From contig OY762964.1 in the NCBI GenBank assembly GCA_963667035.1, positions 2,752,001 through 2,816,000 of the forward strand: DNA of 64,000 nt. The letters are read 5' to 3'. The notes beneath the pieces are model-generated. The model had not been told where the DNA came from. It did no database searches and saw only the letters and a list, made by a program, of their open reading frames with translations. The stretch's first letter is position 1, and every line of letters begins with the position of its first letter. Position numbers and translations under genes: made by a program. The stretch comes from Candidatus Cloacimonadales bacterium (GTDB taxonomy: Bacteria; Cloacimonadota; Cloacimonadia; Cloacimonadales; JAFGVF01). Of the stretch, positions 48,724 to 57,891 are shown in pieces.

Positions 48724-49372
48724 TAAAGACAACAATAAAGTTAATCAAGTTTTGTCTGATATCGAGGATAGCCTCATAAATACTCCAGACAATGATTTCT
48801 CAGGATTTTATTCAGCTTTAGTTCCTTATGCTGATATGATGACTTTACTACTCATTTTCTTCGTTTTCTATTTTGTCATAGGAGATACAGAAACAGGGTG
48901 GAAGGCTATTGCCGAGATACAAAAGAAGAAACTTAATAACAATATCCAATCAGAATCCATAGCAGAAACTGAGATGTATGAAGGTGATATTAGCGAAAAG
49001 GTAATATCAATACCGGGGAATATCCTCTTTGAATCTGGTGAGGCAAACCTTAGATGGTTGTCTCAAGATACACTTATTAAAATTGCTATGGATATAAAGA
49101 AGATCGTTAAAGACGATGATAGCTGGCAAATTCGTATAGAAGGACACACAGACAATGTTCCTATTGCCAATAATAAATATGCTTCAAACTGGGAGCTTTC
49201 TACAGCAAGAGCTTTGAGCATTGTGAAGTTTTTTATTAGAAATGGCTACTTTACTGCAGATCAACTACAGATTATGGGGTATGGAGAATTCAAACCTCTA
49301 GTACCAAATGATACAGAAGAGAATCGAAATAGAAACAGACGCGTTGAGATTAAAATCAGTCAGAAAAGATAG
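48716..49372 (+). CDS. motB: MotB/PomB-family stator subunit with OmpA-like peptidoglycan-binding domain
   Basis: PYADMMTLLLIFFV (catalytic Asp kept), LFESG.A.L, IEGHTDNVPI, SNWELSTARA, GYGEFKP, NRRVEI. Confidence 0.9.
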   Translation: MHNKDNNKVNQVLSDIEDSLINTPDNDFSGFYSALVPYADMMTLLLIFFVFYFVIGDTETGWKAIAEIQKKKLNNNIQSESIAETEMYEGDISEKVISIPGNILFESGEANLRWLSQDTLIKIAMDIKKIVKDDDSWQIRIEGHTDNVPIANNKYASNWELSTARALSIVKFFIRNGYFTADQLQIMGYGEFKPLVPNDTEENRNRNRRVEIKISQKR

Positions 49373-49380
49373 GAGGGATA

Positions 49381-50217
49381 TTGATAGATTATTATAGTTT
49401 TTGGGATATCAAAGAACCACCTTTTGAAGATAACAATGATCCTAAGTTTTTCTATAAAAGTATAGATCATTATGAAGCACTTGAAAGACTGAAGTATGTA
49501 ATTAACTCAAGAAGCATGAACATTGGACTGCTTAGTGGAGAAATAGGAACCGGAAAAACCATTACAAAAATGGTTTTGATTTCTGAACTTAAGAAACAAA
49601 ACCCACATAATGTTATTGTAAACATTAACTCATCCTTGTTCACTTTTAATGAGATTATTACAGAAATACTCTCTCAAATCATGGATATAGATCCAATAAA
49701 TTTACCAACTAAGAGATACTATTTGTTTAAGAAACTTGAAAGATATATTGAAGACGAGTTATTATACACTAAAGGATTAATTTACATATTTTTAGATGAA
49801 GCTCAGAAGATTACTCCTAAAGACTTGGATTTACTAAAAGATTTAACTAACATTAACTATAATTATTTCTGTCCTGTAAAGCTAATGCTTATTGGACAAC
49901 CGGCTATATTGAGAAATGTGAAAAAACTTCCACAAGTTGATCAAAGAATTGGTATAAGATTTCATCTAAACAATATGAATGAGGAAGATACTAATGCATA
50001 TATTGATTACAGGCTTAAAGTATCCGGATCTCAAAAAAAGATTTTTAGTGATAGTGCCCTATCTTTAGTTTATAAAAAAACTTCAGGAATTCCAAGAGAA
50101 ATTAACAGAGCATGCAAAATTGCAATGGATGTAGCCTCTGCTGAAAAAGAAAGCCTCATATCAGGAGAAGTTATGGAAATGGTTTTTAATGATTTATCTT
50201 ACCATGGAAGAGAATGA
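49381..50217 (+). CDS. ExeA/PrsA-like AAA ATPase
   Basis: AGGAGG plus TTG start; Y..FW....PF....DP.FFY, GEIGTGKT, FLDEAQ, LIGQP, QRI, SGIPREIN. Confidence 0.85.
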   Translation: MIDYYSFWDIKEPPFEDNNDPKFFYKSIDHYEALERLKYVINSRSMNIGLLSGEIGTGKTITKMVLISELKKQNPHNVIVNINSSLFTFNEIITEILSQIMDIDPINLPTKRYYLFKKLERYIEDELLYTKGLIYIFLDEAQKITPKDLDLLKDLTNINYNYFCPVKLMLIGQPAILRNVKKLPQVDQRIGIRFHLNNMNEEDTNAYIDYRLKVSGSQKKIFSDSALSLVYKKTSGIPREINRACKIAMDVASAEKESLISGEVMEMVFNDLSYHGRE

Positions 50218-52775
50218 TAATGCCTAAGAAAAGACTCTCTATTTCAAATATTAGAAGTAAGAAAAGCGAGAATGAATCAACTGAAGTTATACTTCCTGAG
50301 TTAGAAGATAATCAGGCTGATTCCGACACTAAACTTGTTAAAGAAATTCCTAAATCAGCAAACCAAGGTGATGGGAATATCGATAATCCAAGAGTGAAAA
50401 CAGAAACTCAAGATGATCTAAAATCATTAAAGCATAATCCAACAGGATTTATCTCTAATCACAATGAGGAAAGCGAACCTTCGCTACTAGAATATCTTGA
50501 AGTTGGATACCGAAACAAATGGTTAATTCTAATCATTACTCTTTTGTGTATTATTGGGGCATATGTTTTACACATTAGAAAAGTTCCTTTATTTAGAACT
50601 AGAACTAAAATATTCATCCATGATGATTCAATGGAGCTGGAAGTAATTAATAATAAGCCATTCATAAAAGGGAAAATGGATGTTGCTACTTGGATGGAAA
50701 TACTAAAGACTAGAGATGTCTGTAAAAGAGTCTCTGCATACATGAATAATACTATATCTCCCCAAGAAGCTAAGTTGATGATTAACTGTACTAGCTCAAA
50801 AAATGAAGAAAACATCATTTCAATCACCTCAACTAATCCTAATCCAGTTATAGCTACGGACGTTGCTAATAATTTCTATCGTGCACTTAGAGATTATGAT
50901 ACGGAAGCCAACAAGCGTAACATTAACAAAACCATAGATTATCTTGAGCATCAACTAAGAGACAAAAATCACGAGCTTGATTCCTTAAACACAGCAGTAA
51001 AAGCTCTTTATGCTAATATAGATTTTAAAAACTACGGTGATAATTTGCATGAAAACTTAAAGCGTTTAAATGCTTTCAAACATAATTTAACAACTGTAGA
51101 AGTAGAGTTAGAAGCTGAGAATGCAAACATAAAAGTTTTGAACTCCAAGCTTAAAGAGGAAGATTCAACCTATATTACTGAAACAACTTATAGTGAACCA
51201 CTTAAAATTAAACTGATGAATCTTGAAGTTGATTTAGCTAGAGCTTTAACTACCTATGGGGAGAATCATCCAAAAGTTATAAGTCTACGTACTAACATAG
51301 CAAACATTAAGAAACTTATTTCAGATGGTGTTGAAGAAAGCATTCAAATGAGGAGTATTGGTCAAAATCCGTTAAAACAACAGATTCTAAAGGATCTCGT
51401 TGAATCTCAGACCAGGTCAATATCTTTAACCCAAAAACGTAATGCTTTGAGAAAAGTAATAAAAGAAATGGAGTTGTCTCCTAAAGATAACTCTATGCTG
51501 GTAAATAAGCAAAGAGAGAAAGATGCTTTAATACTTACCATCACTAACCTTCAAAACCAGATTAATAAAGTCAGATTGAATGCTAACATAGATTTTAACA
51601 GAATAGTTCAATTGGAAGAGGCAACTATTCCGCAGAAACCAATTGGTAAAAATCTACTCTTAATGCTTCTTAATGGATTAGGATTGGGTGTTGCTTTAAG
51701 TAGCATCTTAGTTTTTTTACTTACTAGGTTTGATAACAAGATTAATACTATTAATAAACTTCTTCATGTTTATCCGAACATTCCTATCATAGGTACAATA
51801 CCTAGGTTCAAGTTTAGTCCTATTAAGATTGATGCTCAAACTTCTAATCTAACAGAAGAGGAATTACAGAACAAGGATTTGGTAAACAGTGTTTTCAATG
51901 AAATTGCTTTAAATTTCCGATACCTGATTCTTAACAAAAGGAATAATGCTATTGCAGTGGTGAGTTCTTTAAAAGGCGAAGGCAAATCAACTATAACGAA
52001 CTATTTAGCAGTTGCTTTAGCTAATAATAATACTAAGACTCTTCTTGTTGATGCAGATTTCTATAATCCTCAGATATCTCGATATTACAGTAAAACTAAA
52101 GCATTCGGATTCTCCGAAGTTCTATCTGAACAAATACCATTGCATGAAGTGATAATAAATACTAAAATTGATAATCTTATGATACTGCCATCAGGCAAGT
52201 GTCCTCCAAGTGTTGGACATCTTTATCACAGTGACAGATTTAAAGAGATTATACAAGAAGTAAAGTCTGTTTGCGATATCATAATTATTGATACTCCTGC
52301 TTCAATGTATTTCCCGGAGACATCAGTACTTGTTAATGAGATGGATTGTGTTCTCCTAACTGCAAAGATGGGATTTACTACAACAATCAGTTGTAAAAAA
52401 TTACTAAAGAAGATACAAATCCTAGATACCAAAATTGGGGGAGTAATTGCAAATTCAATGTTAAAAGAGGTTTTCGATAAAACCTATAGTGATTACTACA
52501 ATTATAGTTATGAATATTACTCCCGATACCATAACTACACAAACAATCAAAAGCAGAATTCTTTAACAAAACATATACCTACAGATTTGTTTAAAGTAGT
52601 AAAAAAGAAGGATAAGTTGGAAAGAACATTCTTGCAGGAAGGTGAAATTCTAGACTATGAAGCTCAATCTGAAACAAATTTCGGAAGAATAAATAAAGAT
52701 AAAACCTTTGGGCTATTTCTAAAAAAATTAAAACGTTTCCTTGGTCTTGATGATGACTTTGATTTAGGAGAATAG
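50214..52775 (+). CDS. wzc: Wzc/GumC-like polysaccharide co-polymerase with tyrosine autokinase domain
   Basis: Two TMs around a coiled coil with YGENHPKV; Walker A KGEGKST, A' LLVDAD, B IIIDTP; Tyr cluster YSDYYNYSYEYYSRY. Confidence 0.88.
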   Translation: MIMPKKRLSISNIRSKKSENESTEVILPELEDNQADSDTKLVKEIPKSANQGDGNIDNPRVKTETQDDLKSLKHNPTGFISNHNEESEPSLLEYLEVGYRNKWLILIITLLCIIGAYVLHIRKVPLFRTRTKIFIHDDSMELEVINNKPFIKGKMDVATWMEILKTRDVCKRVSAYMNNTISPQEAKLMINCTSSKNEENIISITSTNPNPVIATDVANNFYRALRDYDTEANKRNINKTIDYLEHQLRDKNHELDSLNTAVKALYANIDFKNYGDNLHENLKRLNAFKHNLTTVEVELEAENANIKVLNSKLKEEDSTYITETTYSEPLKIKLMNLEVDLARALTTYGENHPKVISLRTNIANIKKLISDGVEESIQMRSIGQNPLKQQILKDLVESQTRSISLTQKRNALRKVIKEMELSPKDNSMLVNKQREKDALILTITNLQNQINKVRLNANIDFNRIVQLEEATIPQKPIGKNLLLMLLNGLGLGVALSSILVFLLTRFDNKINTINKLLHVYPNIPIIGTIPRFKFSPIKIDAQTSNLTEEELQNKDLVNSVFNEIALNFRYLILNKRNNAIAVVSSLKGEGKSTITNYLAVALANNNTKTLLVDADFYNPQISRYYSKTKAFGFSEVLSEQIPLHEVIINTKIDNLMILPSGKCPPSVGHLYHSDRFKEIIQEVKSVCDIIIIDTPASMYFPETSVLVNEMDCVLLTAKMGFTTTISCKKLLKKIQILDTKIGGVIANSMLKEVFDKTYSDYYNYSYEYYSRYHNYTNNQKQNSLTKHIPTDLFKVVKKKDKLERTFLQEGEILDYEAQSETNFGRINKDKTFGLFLKKLKRFLGLDDDFDLGE

Positions 52776-53857
52776 TGAAGATAAAAAAAGATAGAATTAA
52801 GCGTAAGCATATATATGCTATAACATATCTTTTGATTATAATAGCTACAATCATTATACTTTTATTATTACCTAGGTCATGTAGCTATTCAGGTACTATT
52901 TATGCCGGAGTCGGAGGATGTGTTTATGATCCCGGTGTATATCCTATGTACAAAGGTATGACTTTATACGAGTTGATTCGTAAAGCAGATGGTATGAAAC
53001 CTAATGCTGACTTAGATCGCTTTAATCCGGATATGATTATTGAGCCATGGGAATCATATTGTATTCCCTGCAAAATAAAAAAAGACCCTCCTGTTAAACA
53101 AATTATTGCAGAAGTAGCTCCTTATGCCCCTAAACGAGAGCTTAATGATGTAGACCGCTTCACGATTATCTATGCAGGTTTACCAAGAACTTTTATACTT
53201 CTAGATGTTTATCCGAATTACGGACTCATATCAGCAACACATATTCCTTGGTTTACAGCAGTACATGATTTAGTCGGAAATGTAAAGACTCTCTATGAAA
53301 TGTATTTAATCGGAGGAACTGAAGCATTGGTAAGGTCAGTGTCTGATGTTACCCAGACAAATATTGACTACTACTTCGCTCAGGATAGACCTGCTTGGAT
53401 TAAATTTATTGATTATCTTGGTGGAGTAAAAGTAGACATTCCGGTTGAATTTGCAAAGCAATACAGAGTAAATAGTGGTATTCATATAATTGATGGATAC
53501 ACTTCTTGGTTCTATATTACCTTTATTTCCAAAGAAATGAGAAGAATAGATTATAAAACCGGCTCAATGAATAGAATCACTCGTCAAAAACTTTTTATGG
53601 AAGAGCTATATGCCAAATTTAAGAATCTGGATTTCTTTAGAAGTAGTCAGATTGGAAAATCCATATTAACAGATGCTGAAACGAATCTCTCTGCAGCTCA
53701 AGCCATAGAACTATCAAACAAAGTCAGGAAGATGTCTTCAAACAATCTAAAGCTTTTCACTTATCCGGGCGTTATCATTAATTATAATGGAGAGAACTAT
53801 TGGGAAGTTAATCCTATCAGATATAAAAATAAAATCTTTAATGAGATAAATAATTGA
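52775..53857 (+). CDS. SLBB plus LytR-CpsA-Psr (LCP)-like membrane protein, catalytic motifs degenerate
   Basis: N-terminal TM; GCVYDPGVY...LYELIRKADG (SLBB); GG..AL..SV...TNIDYY, FIDYLGGVKVD, G...IDG, R..RQK.F (LCP). Confidence 0.75.
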   Translation: MKIKKDRIKRKHIYAITYLLIIIATIIILLLLPRSCSYSGTIYAGVGGCVYDPGVYPMYKGMTLYELIRKADGMKPNADLDRFNPDMIIEPWESYCIPCKIKKDPPVKQIIAEVAPYAPKRELNDVDRFTIIYAGLPRTFILLDVYPNYGLISATHIPWFTAVHDLVGNVKTLYEMYLIGGTEALVRSVSDVTQTNIDYYFAQDRPAWIKFIDYLGGVKVDIPVEFAKQYRVNSGIHIIDGYTSWFYITFISKEMRRIDYKTGSMNRITRQKLFMEELYAKFKNLDFFRSSQIGKSILTDAETNLSAAQAIELSNKVRKMSSNNLKLFTYPGVIINYNGENYWEVNPIRYKNKIFNEINN

Positions 53858-53864
53858 GGTATTC

Positions 53865-54587
53865 ATGCGTATTATTCTTGTTACTTTACTTTTTTTAACT
53901 ACATTTTCGGTATTTGCCCAACAAACTTATATTCCCCGTATGGCAAAAGATGACTTTTTTAACGGTGAAACTGATCTATCTAACATACCTGATTCGCTAT
54001 TGGTCAGTACAGAAGATGAATACATTCTTAGAAAAGGTGACAGAATATCAATTTATGTAATGGATCATTTAGAGTTCTCAAAGCCTCAAATAATGATATT
54101 ACCTGACGGAAGTATTGAGTATCCTTTGATAGGAACTCTGAGAGTTGCAGGACTTAACTCTGCTCAACTAAGGGCTATTATTGAAGAACGTTTACGTCCT
54201 TACGTGACTATACCCATTGTTACTATCTATATTGAAAAAATATTCGGAGAGAAACTCAATATAATTGGCTATGTTAATGGACCTGGAGAATATCAGCTTT
54301 ACGAACCTATAAGAATCACTGATGCTATTGCAATGGCAAAAGGTATTATAAACATTAGAGAAGTTAAAACTATAAGAGTTATTCGTAAAGATGGAGACGT
54401 GTTTAACGTAAGCCTTAAACATATATGGTTTAATGATGATGATGAGACAAACTACAGAGAAAATCTTCTTCTTAATCCGGGAGATACGCTTATTGTACCT
54501 CCTCCTCGAAGATTTAACTGGAGAATGTATACTGCAATAATTGCAACTCTATCACTTATTCTTCAGATATATATAGCTACTAACTAA
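53865..54587 (+). CDS. Wza/OPX-like polysaccharide export protein
   Basis: YILRKGDRISI.V, PDGSIEYPLIG...VAGL (Poly_export), GYVNGPG.Y...AIAMAKG, LNPGDTLIVP; hydrophobic C-terminal helix. Confidence 0.85.
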   Translation: MRIILVTLLFLTTFSVFAQQTYIPRMAKDDFFNGETDLSNIPDSLLVSTEDEYILRKGDRISIYVMDHLEFSKPQIMILPDGSIEYPLIGTLRVAGLNSAQLRAIIEERLRPYVTIPIVTIYIEKIFGEKLNIIGYVNGPGEYQLYEPIRITDAIAMAKGIINIREVKTIRVIRKDGDVFNVSLKHIWFNDDDETNYRENLLLNPGDTLIVPPPRRFNWRMYTAIIATLSLILQIYIATN

Positions 54588-55926
54588 AGTTTTTTATTCT
54601 TTTCATATAACTAATCGTCATAGCTAATGAAAGAATGAATGATCCTGCATCAGCAATTGGGAAACTCCACCAAACACCGTTTAACCCAAGAATTCTTGGA
54701 AGTATAAGTATGAGAGGTATCATGAACATTATCTGTCTGGCAATTGATAATACGAAAGAGGGAGCGGCTTTTCCTATGGCTTGGAAAAATGATCCTGACA
54801 TTACTTGAAATCCTACTAAGAAGAAAGCTGTAACTATAATCCTAAATGCTGTTGAACCTAAAGCAAGCACTTGTAAATCAGTAGTAAACATTCGAATCAA
54901 AAAAGATGGAATAGCTAAAACAACTAACATTCCTGTTATAGATATAATAGAGGCTCCTATTGTCGCATCTTTCATAACCTTTCTAACCAAATCATGTCTT
55001 TTCCTTCCATAGTTAAATCCTACAATAGGTTGCAGTCCCTGACCAACACCAAACATAGGCATCATCATGAATGACATAGCTCTGTTGATAACTCCATAGG
55101 CAGCTATTGCTAAATCTCCACTATATGTTTTTAAAGTTTGATTGATAATAGCTATCAGAACGGATCCTCCAATTTGTCTTACAAATGAAGGCATTCCAAT
55201 AATTATAACTTCTTTAAAAATCTGTGGATTCCATCTATATTGCTTAAACTTAAGTTTGAAAATACTTCTACCACTTATGTAATAGTAAAACAGATATATA
55301 ACTGTACATATCTGGGATATAACTGTTGCAATTGCAGCTCCTTTAATTCCCATATTAAAAACGAATATGAATATCGGATCAAGAATAATATTCATACCTG
55401 CAGCTAATAGCATACTTATCATTGCCCATTTAGCATTACCTTCAGCTCTAACGACGTTGTTGTTGACCTGCATAAAAGTTAAGAACAAGGTTCCCATAAA
55501 GATAACCCTCATATATTCTTTAGCATAAGGCATGATTGCCTCAGTTGCTCCAAAGACTTTTAATATAGGCTCAAGAAATAGTTGTCCGCAGATAACAACA
55601 ATTGTAGTAAAGAAAAGGACACTTATATGAATAGTATAAAGGGTTAATTCCGCTTTCTTAAAGTTATTCTCACCCAAAGAGCGGGATATAAGTGAAGCTC
55701 CTCCCATTCCAAATACGAAAGAAAATGCCATTATAGCCATCTGTATGGGGAAAGCTATTGTCAGTCCGGCTAAACCCATTGTTCCTACTCCGTGTCCAAT
55801 GAAAATGGCATCAACAACATTGAAGAGGGCCATTACTATCATTCCCGTCATTGCGGGAACAGAAAGTCTTATAAGCAATCTACCAACATGTTCATCTGCT
55901 AATATATGTGTATCGTTTTGTTTCAT
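54580..55926 (-). CDS. MATE family efflux transporter (MepA-like)
   Basis: LSVPAM, NVVDAIFIG, RAEGN, NIILDPIFI, GIKGAAIAT, QPIVGFNYG. Confidence 0.92.
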   Translation of the reverse strand: MKQNDTHILADEHVGRLLIRLSVPAMTGMIVMALFNVVDAIFIGHGVGTMGLAGLTIAFPIQMAIMAFSFVFGMGGASLISRSLGENNFKKAELTLYTIHISVLFFTTIVVICGQLFLEPILKVFGATEAIMPYAKEYMRVIFMGTLFLTFMQVNNNVVRAEGNAKWAMISMLLAAGMNIILDPIFIFVFNMGIKGAAIATVISQICTVIYLFYYYISGRSIFKLKFKQYRWNPQIFKEVIIIGMPSFVRQIGGSVLIAIINQTLKTYSGDLAIAAYGVINRAMSFMMMPMFGVGQGLQPIVGFNYGRKRHDLVRKVMKDATIGASIISITGMLVVLAIPSFLIRMFTTDLQVLALGSTAFRIIVTAFFLVGFQVMSGSFFQAIGKAAPSFVLSIARQIMFMIPLILILPRILGLNGVWWSFPIADAGSFILSLAMTISYMKRIKNFS

Positions 55927-56157
55927 TACGTTCCTTAATCACTTTATTTAAGCTCAGACAGATTAAAGTCAATTATCCTGCAAGCAAAAAGAAAACTTTA
56001 GATTGTTTAGGGAGAAATATACAATAGGTATGATTCTATTGTCTACTCCAACGCTATCAATTGTTATTGATTTAATTAGCAATGTTTAATTAGGATACAA
56101 ATCCTATAATCTCTTGCCAAGAATAAATCTTCTATTTTACTTGAAATTAACAAAATC

Positions 56158-57891
56158 ATGGAGAGAGAAATGAAAAAGGTTTTAATTATTACCGGAATTG
56201 TAGTCGTAGCGATAGTTCTAATTGTAGTACTTGGAGGCTATTTCACCGCTAATCGCTTCTTTAATGCCAAAAGCGGTTTCTCATTAAGATCAACTTTAAC
56301 CGAATCAATGGGTAAGAGAGTTGATTATACAGATTTAAAAGTTAAATTGGGATTAGGAGTCAAAGTAGAAATTAATGGTTTCTCAATAGTTGATTCAGAT
56401 TATCCGGATAAACCTTTGATTCATGCCGGTAAAGTTTATGCTGATATGAAACTACTTCCTCTTCTTTCTAAAAAAATTGAAGTCGTTAGGATAACTATAG
56501 ACAATCCTGAAATATATTGGAATGATAAGATTAAGTTTGAACAAAAAGAAAAAAAGCCTAACTCAACGACAAAGAGTAGTAAACCCGAAAAATCCAAAAA
56601 AGAAAGTGCTATGTTTAGTTTATCAGTTCCTGAAATTGGAATCAATAAGGGTAAGTTTACCTTTGAAACTGAAACTGATACACTTTTAGTAGAAAACATT
56701 AATCTAAACCTTCAAGTAAGTGTTAATAACTTGGATAAGGATAAAGAAGATTATTCCGGAACGTTAGAAATAAAGAATATTGATGGCTCCTATGGGCCCT
56801 ATAACTGGCAGAGAGCATCAGGTTCAATATCATTGAATCAGGACAAATTATCGTGTGATGAATTGATATTTGCTACATCGCTTGGTAGATATTGGATGAA
56901 GGTTGATTTGTCTGATTGGAGTCACTTTGGTGTTAAAGATGTTACTCGTCCTAAACTTACATTCCATGTTATCTCTCCTCTTGCTGATTTTTCTAAGCTT
57001 CCAAAACAGGAAAAAGCAAATACGGAACCGGATAGTCTAATCGCAATGGAAGAGATTGAAGTTGAGCAAAAATCAGACATCAATAACGATAAGCTAGAAC
57101 TTCCTTTGGATGTCCAAGGCATAATAGATTTTAAGAAAGTAAAAACAGAATTCATTGAAATTAATAGTCTTAAAACCCTTATTGGGGCAAACAACGACAA
57201 AATATATCTCAATGTTGAGACATCAATTGCAGGTGGAAGAGTTAATCTGGAAACTACTCTGATCAACGGTAAAACAAAATCATTGAAAGATTTAGGATAT
57301 AAGGGAGAATTAACTATAAGTCATATGAGCTTACAGGAAGTCTCAAAATCTCTTATCAAAGATGATTTCTTAGAGGGTAATCTTTATGCCTCTTTTGATG
57401 TACAAGGGACAGGTGTGAGTTTACAAGATATGGTTAGCACTATGGAAGGTCAGGGTACAATATCTTTAAAAGAAGGTTACTTCTATTTACCTGATAATGT
57501 AAGAGAGTTTGGTAAATATGCTAAGACTCTTAAGAATGATAAGATTAAGGTAAATGTAGAAAATACTTCTACATACAAGAAAGGTATTCTAAAGCTCGAT
57601 AATCTTGTTGCTGAATCTGATGTGGCTGATGCTACAATATCCGGTTATATTAAACTTACTGGTTACATCAATACAAAGATAGTAGGAAAAGTCTCAAGAC
57701 AAGTTAGTAAAGAGCTAAAAATACCTGGAAAACAAATGTTCTTTGATGAAGAGAAGAGACTTGGATTTAAAGTTACTGTAAAAGGCTCGTTTGAAGAACC
57801 TGAGGTTAAGTTCTATTGGGCTAAACTCACAGGACAGATATGGAAGAATGTAAAAAGGGGAGTTGGTAGCTTAATAAAAGGATTATTCTAG
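56158..57891 (+). CDS. AsmA family protein
   Basis: N-terminal TM, LLPLLSKKIEV..I.IDNPEI, beta-taco-like repeats, C-terminal VKGSFEEP...GLF. Confidence 0.7.
   Translation: MEREMKKVLIITGIVVVAIVLIVVLGGYFTANRFFNAKSGFSLRSTLTESMGKRVDYTDLKVKLGLGVKVEINGFSIVDSDYPDKPLIHAGKVYADMKLLPLLSKKIEVVRITIDNPEIYWNDKIKFEQKEKKPNSTTKSSKPEKSKKESAMFSLSVPEIGINKGKFTFETETDTLLVENINLNLQVSVNNLDKDKEDYSGTLEIKNIDGSYGPYNWQRASGSISLNQDKLSCDELIFATSLGRYWMKVDLSDWSHFGVKDVTRPKLTFHVISPLADFSKLPKQEKANTEPDSLIAMEEIEVEQKSDINNDKLELPLDVQGIIDFKKVKTEFIEINSLKTLIGANNDKIYLNVETSIAGGRVNLETTLINGKTKSLKDLGYKGELTISHMSLQEVSKSLIKDDFLEGNLYASFDVQGTGVSLQDMVSTMEGQGTISLKEGYFYLPDNVREFGKYAKTLKNDKIKVNVENTSTYKKGILKLDNLVAESDVADATISGYIKLTGYINTKIVGKVSRQVSKELKIPGKQMFFDEEKRLGFKVTVKGSFEEPEVKFYWAKLTGQIWKNVKRGVGSLIKGLF

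Noticed and set aside
47986..49372. Zorya (ZorAB) anti-phage system or ExbBD/TolQR
   Set aside because: MotA lacks the long ZorA tail, no ZorC/D/E-like genes are adjacent, MotB has an OmpA-like domain, and a FliG-like gene is directly upstream.
54580..55926. MATE gene as the Wzx flippase of the wza/wzc locus
   Set aside because: It is convergent, and its motifs are those of MepA-like drug exporters.
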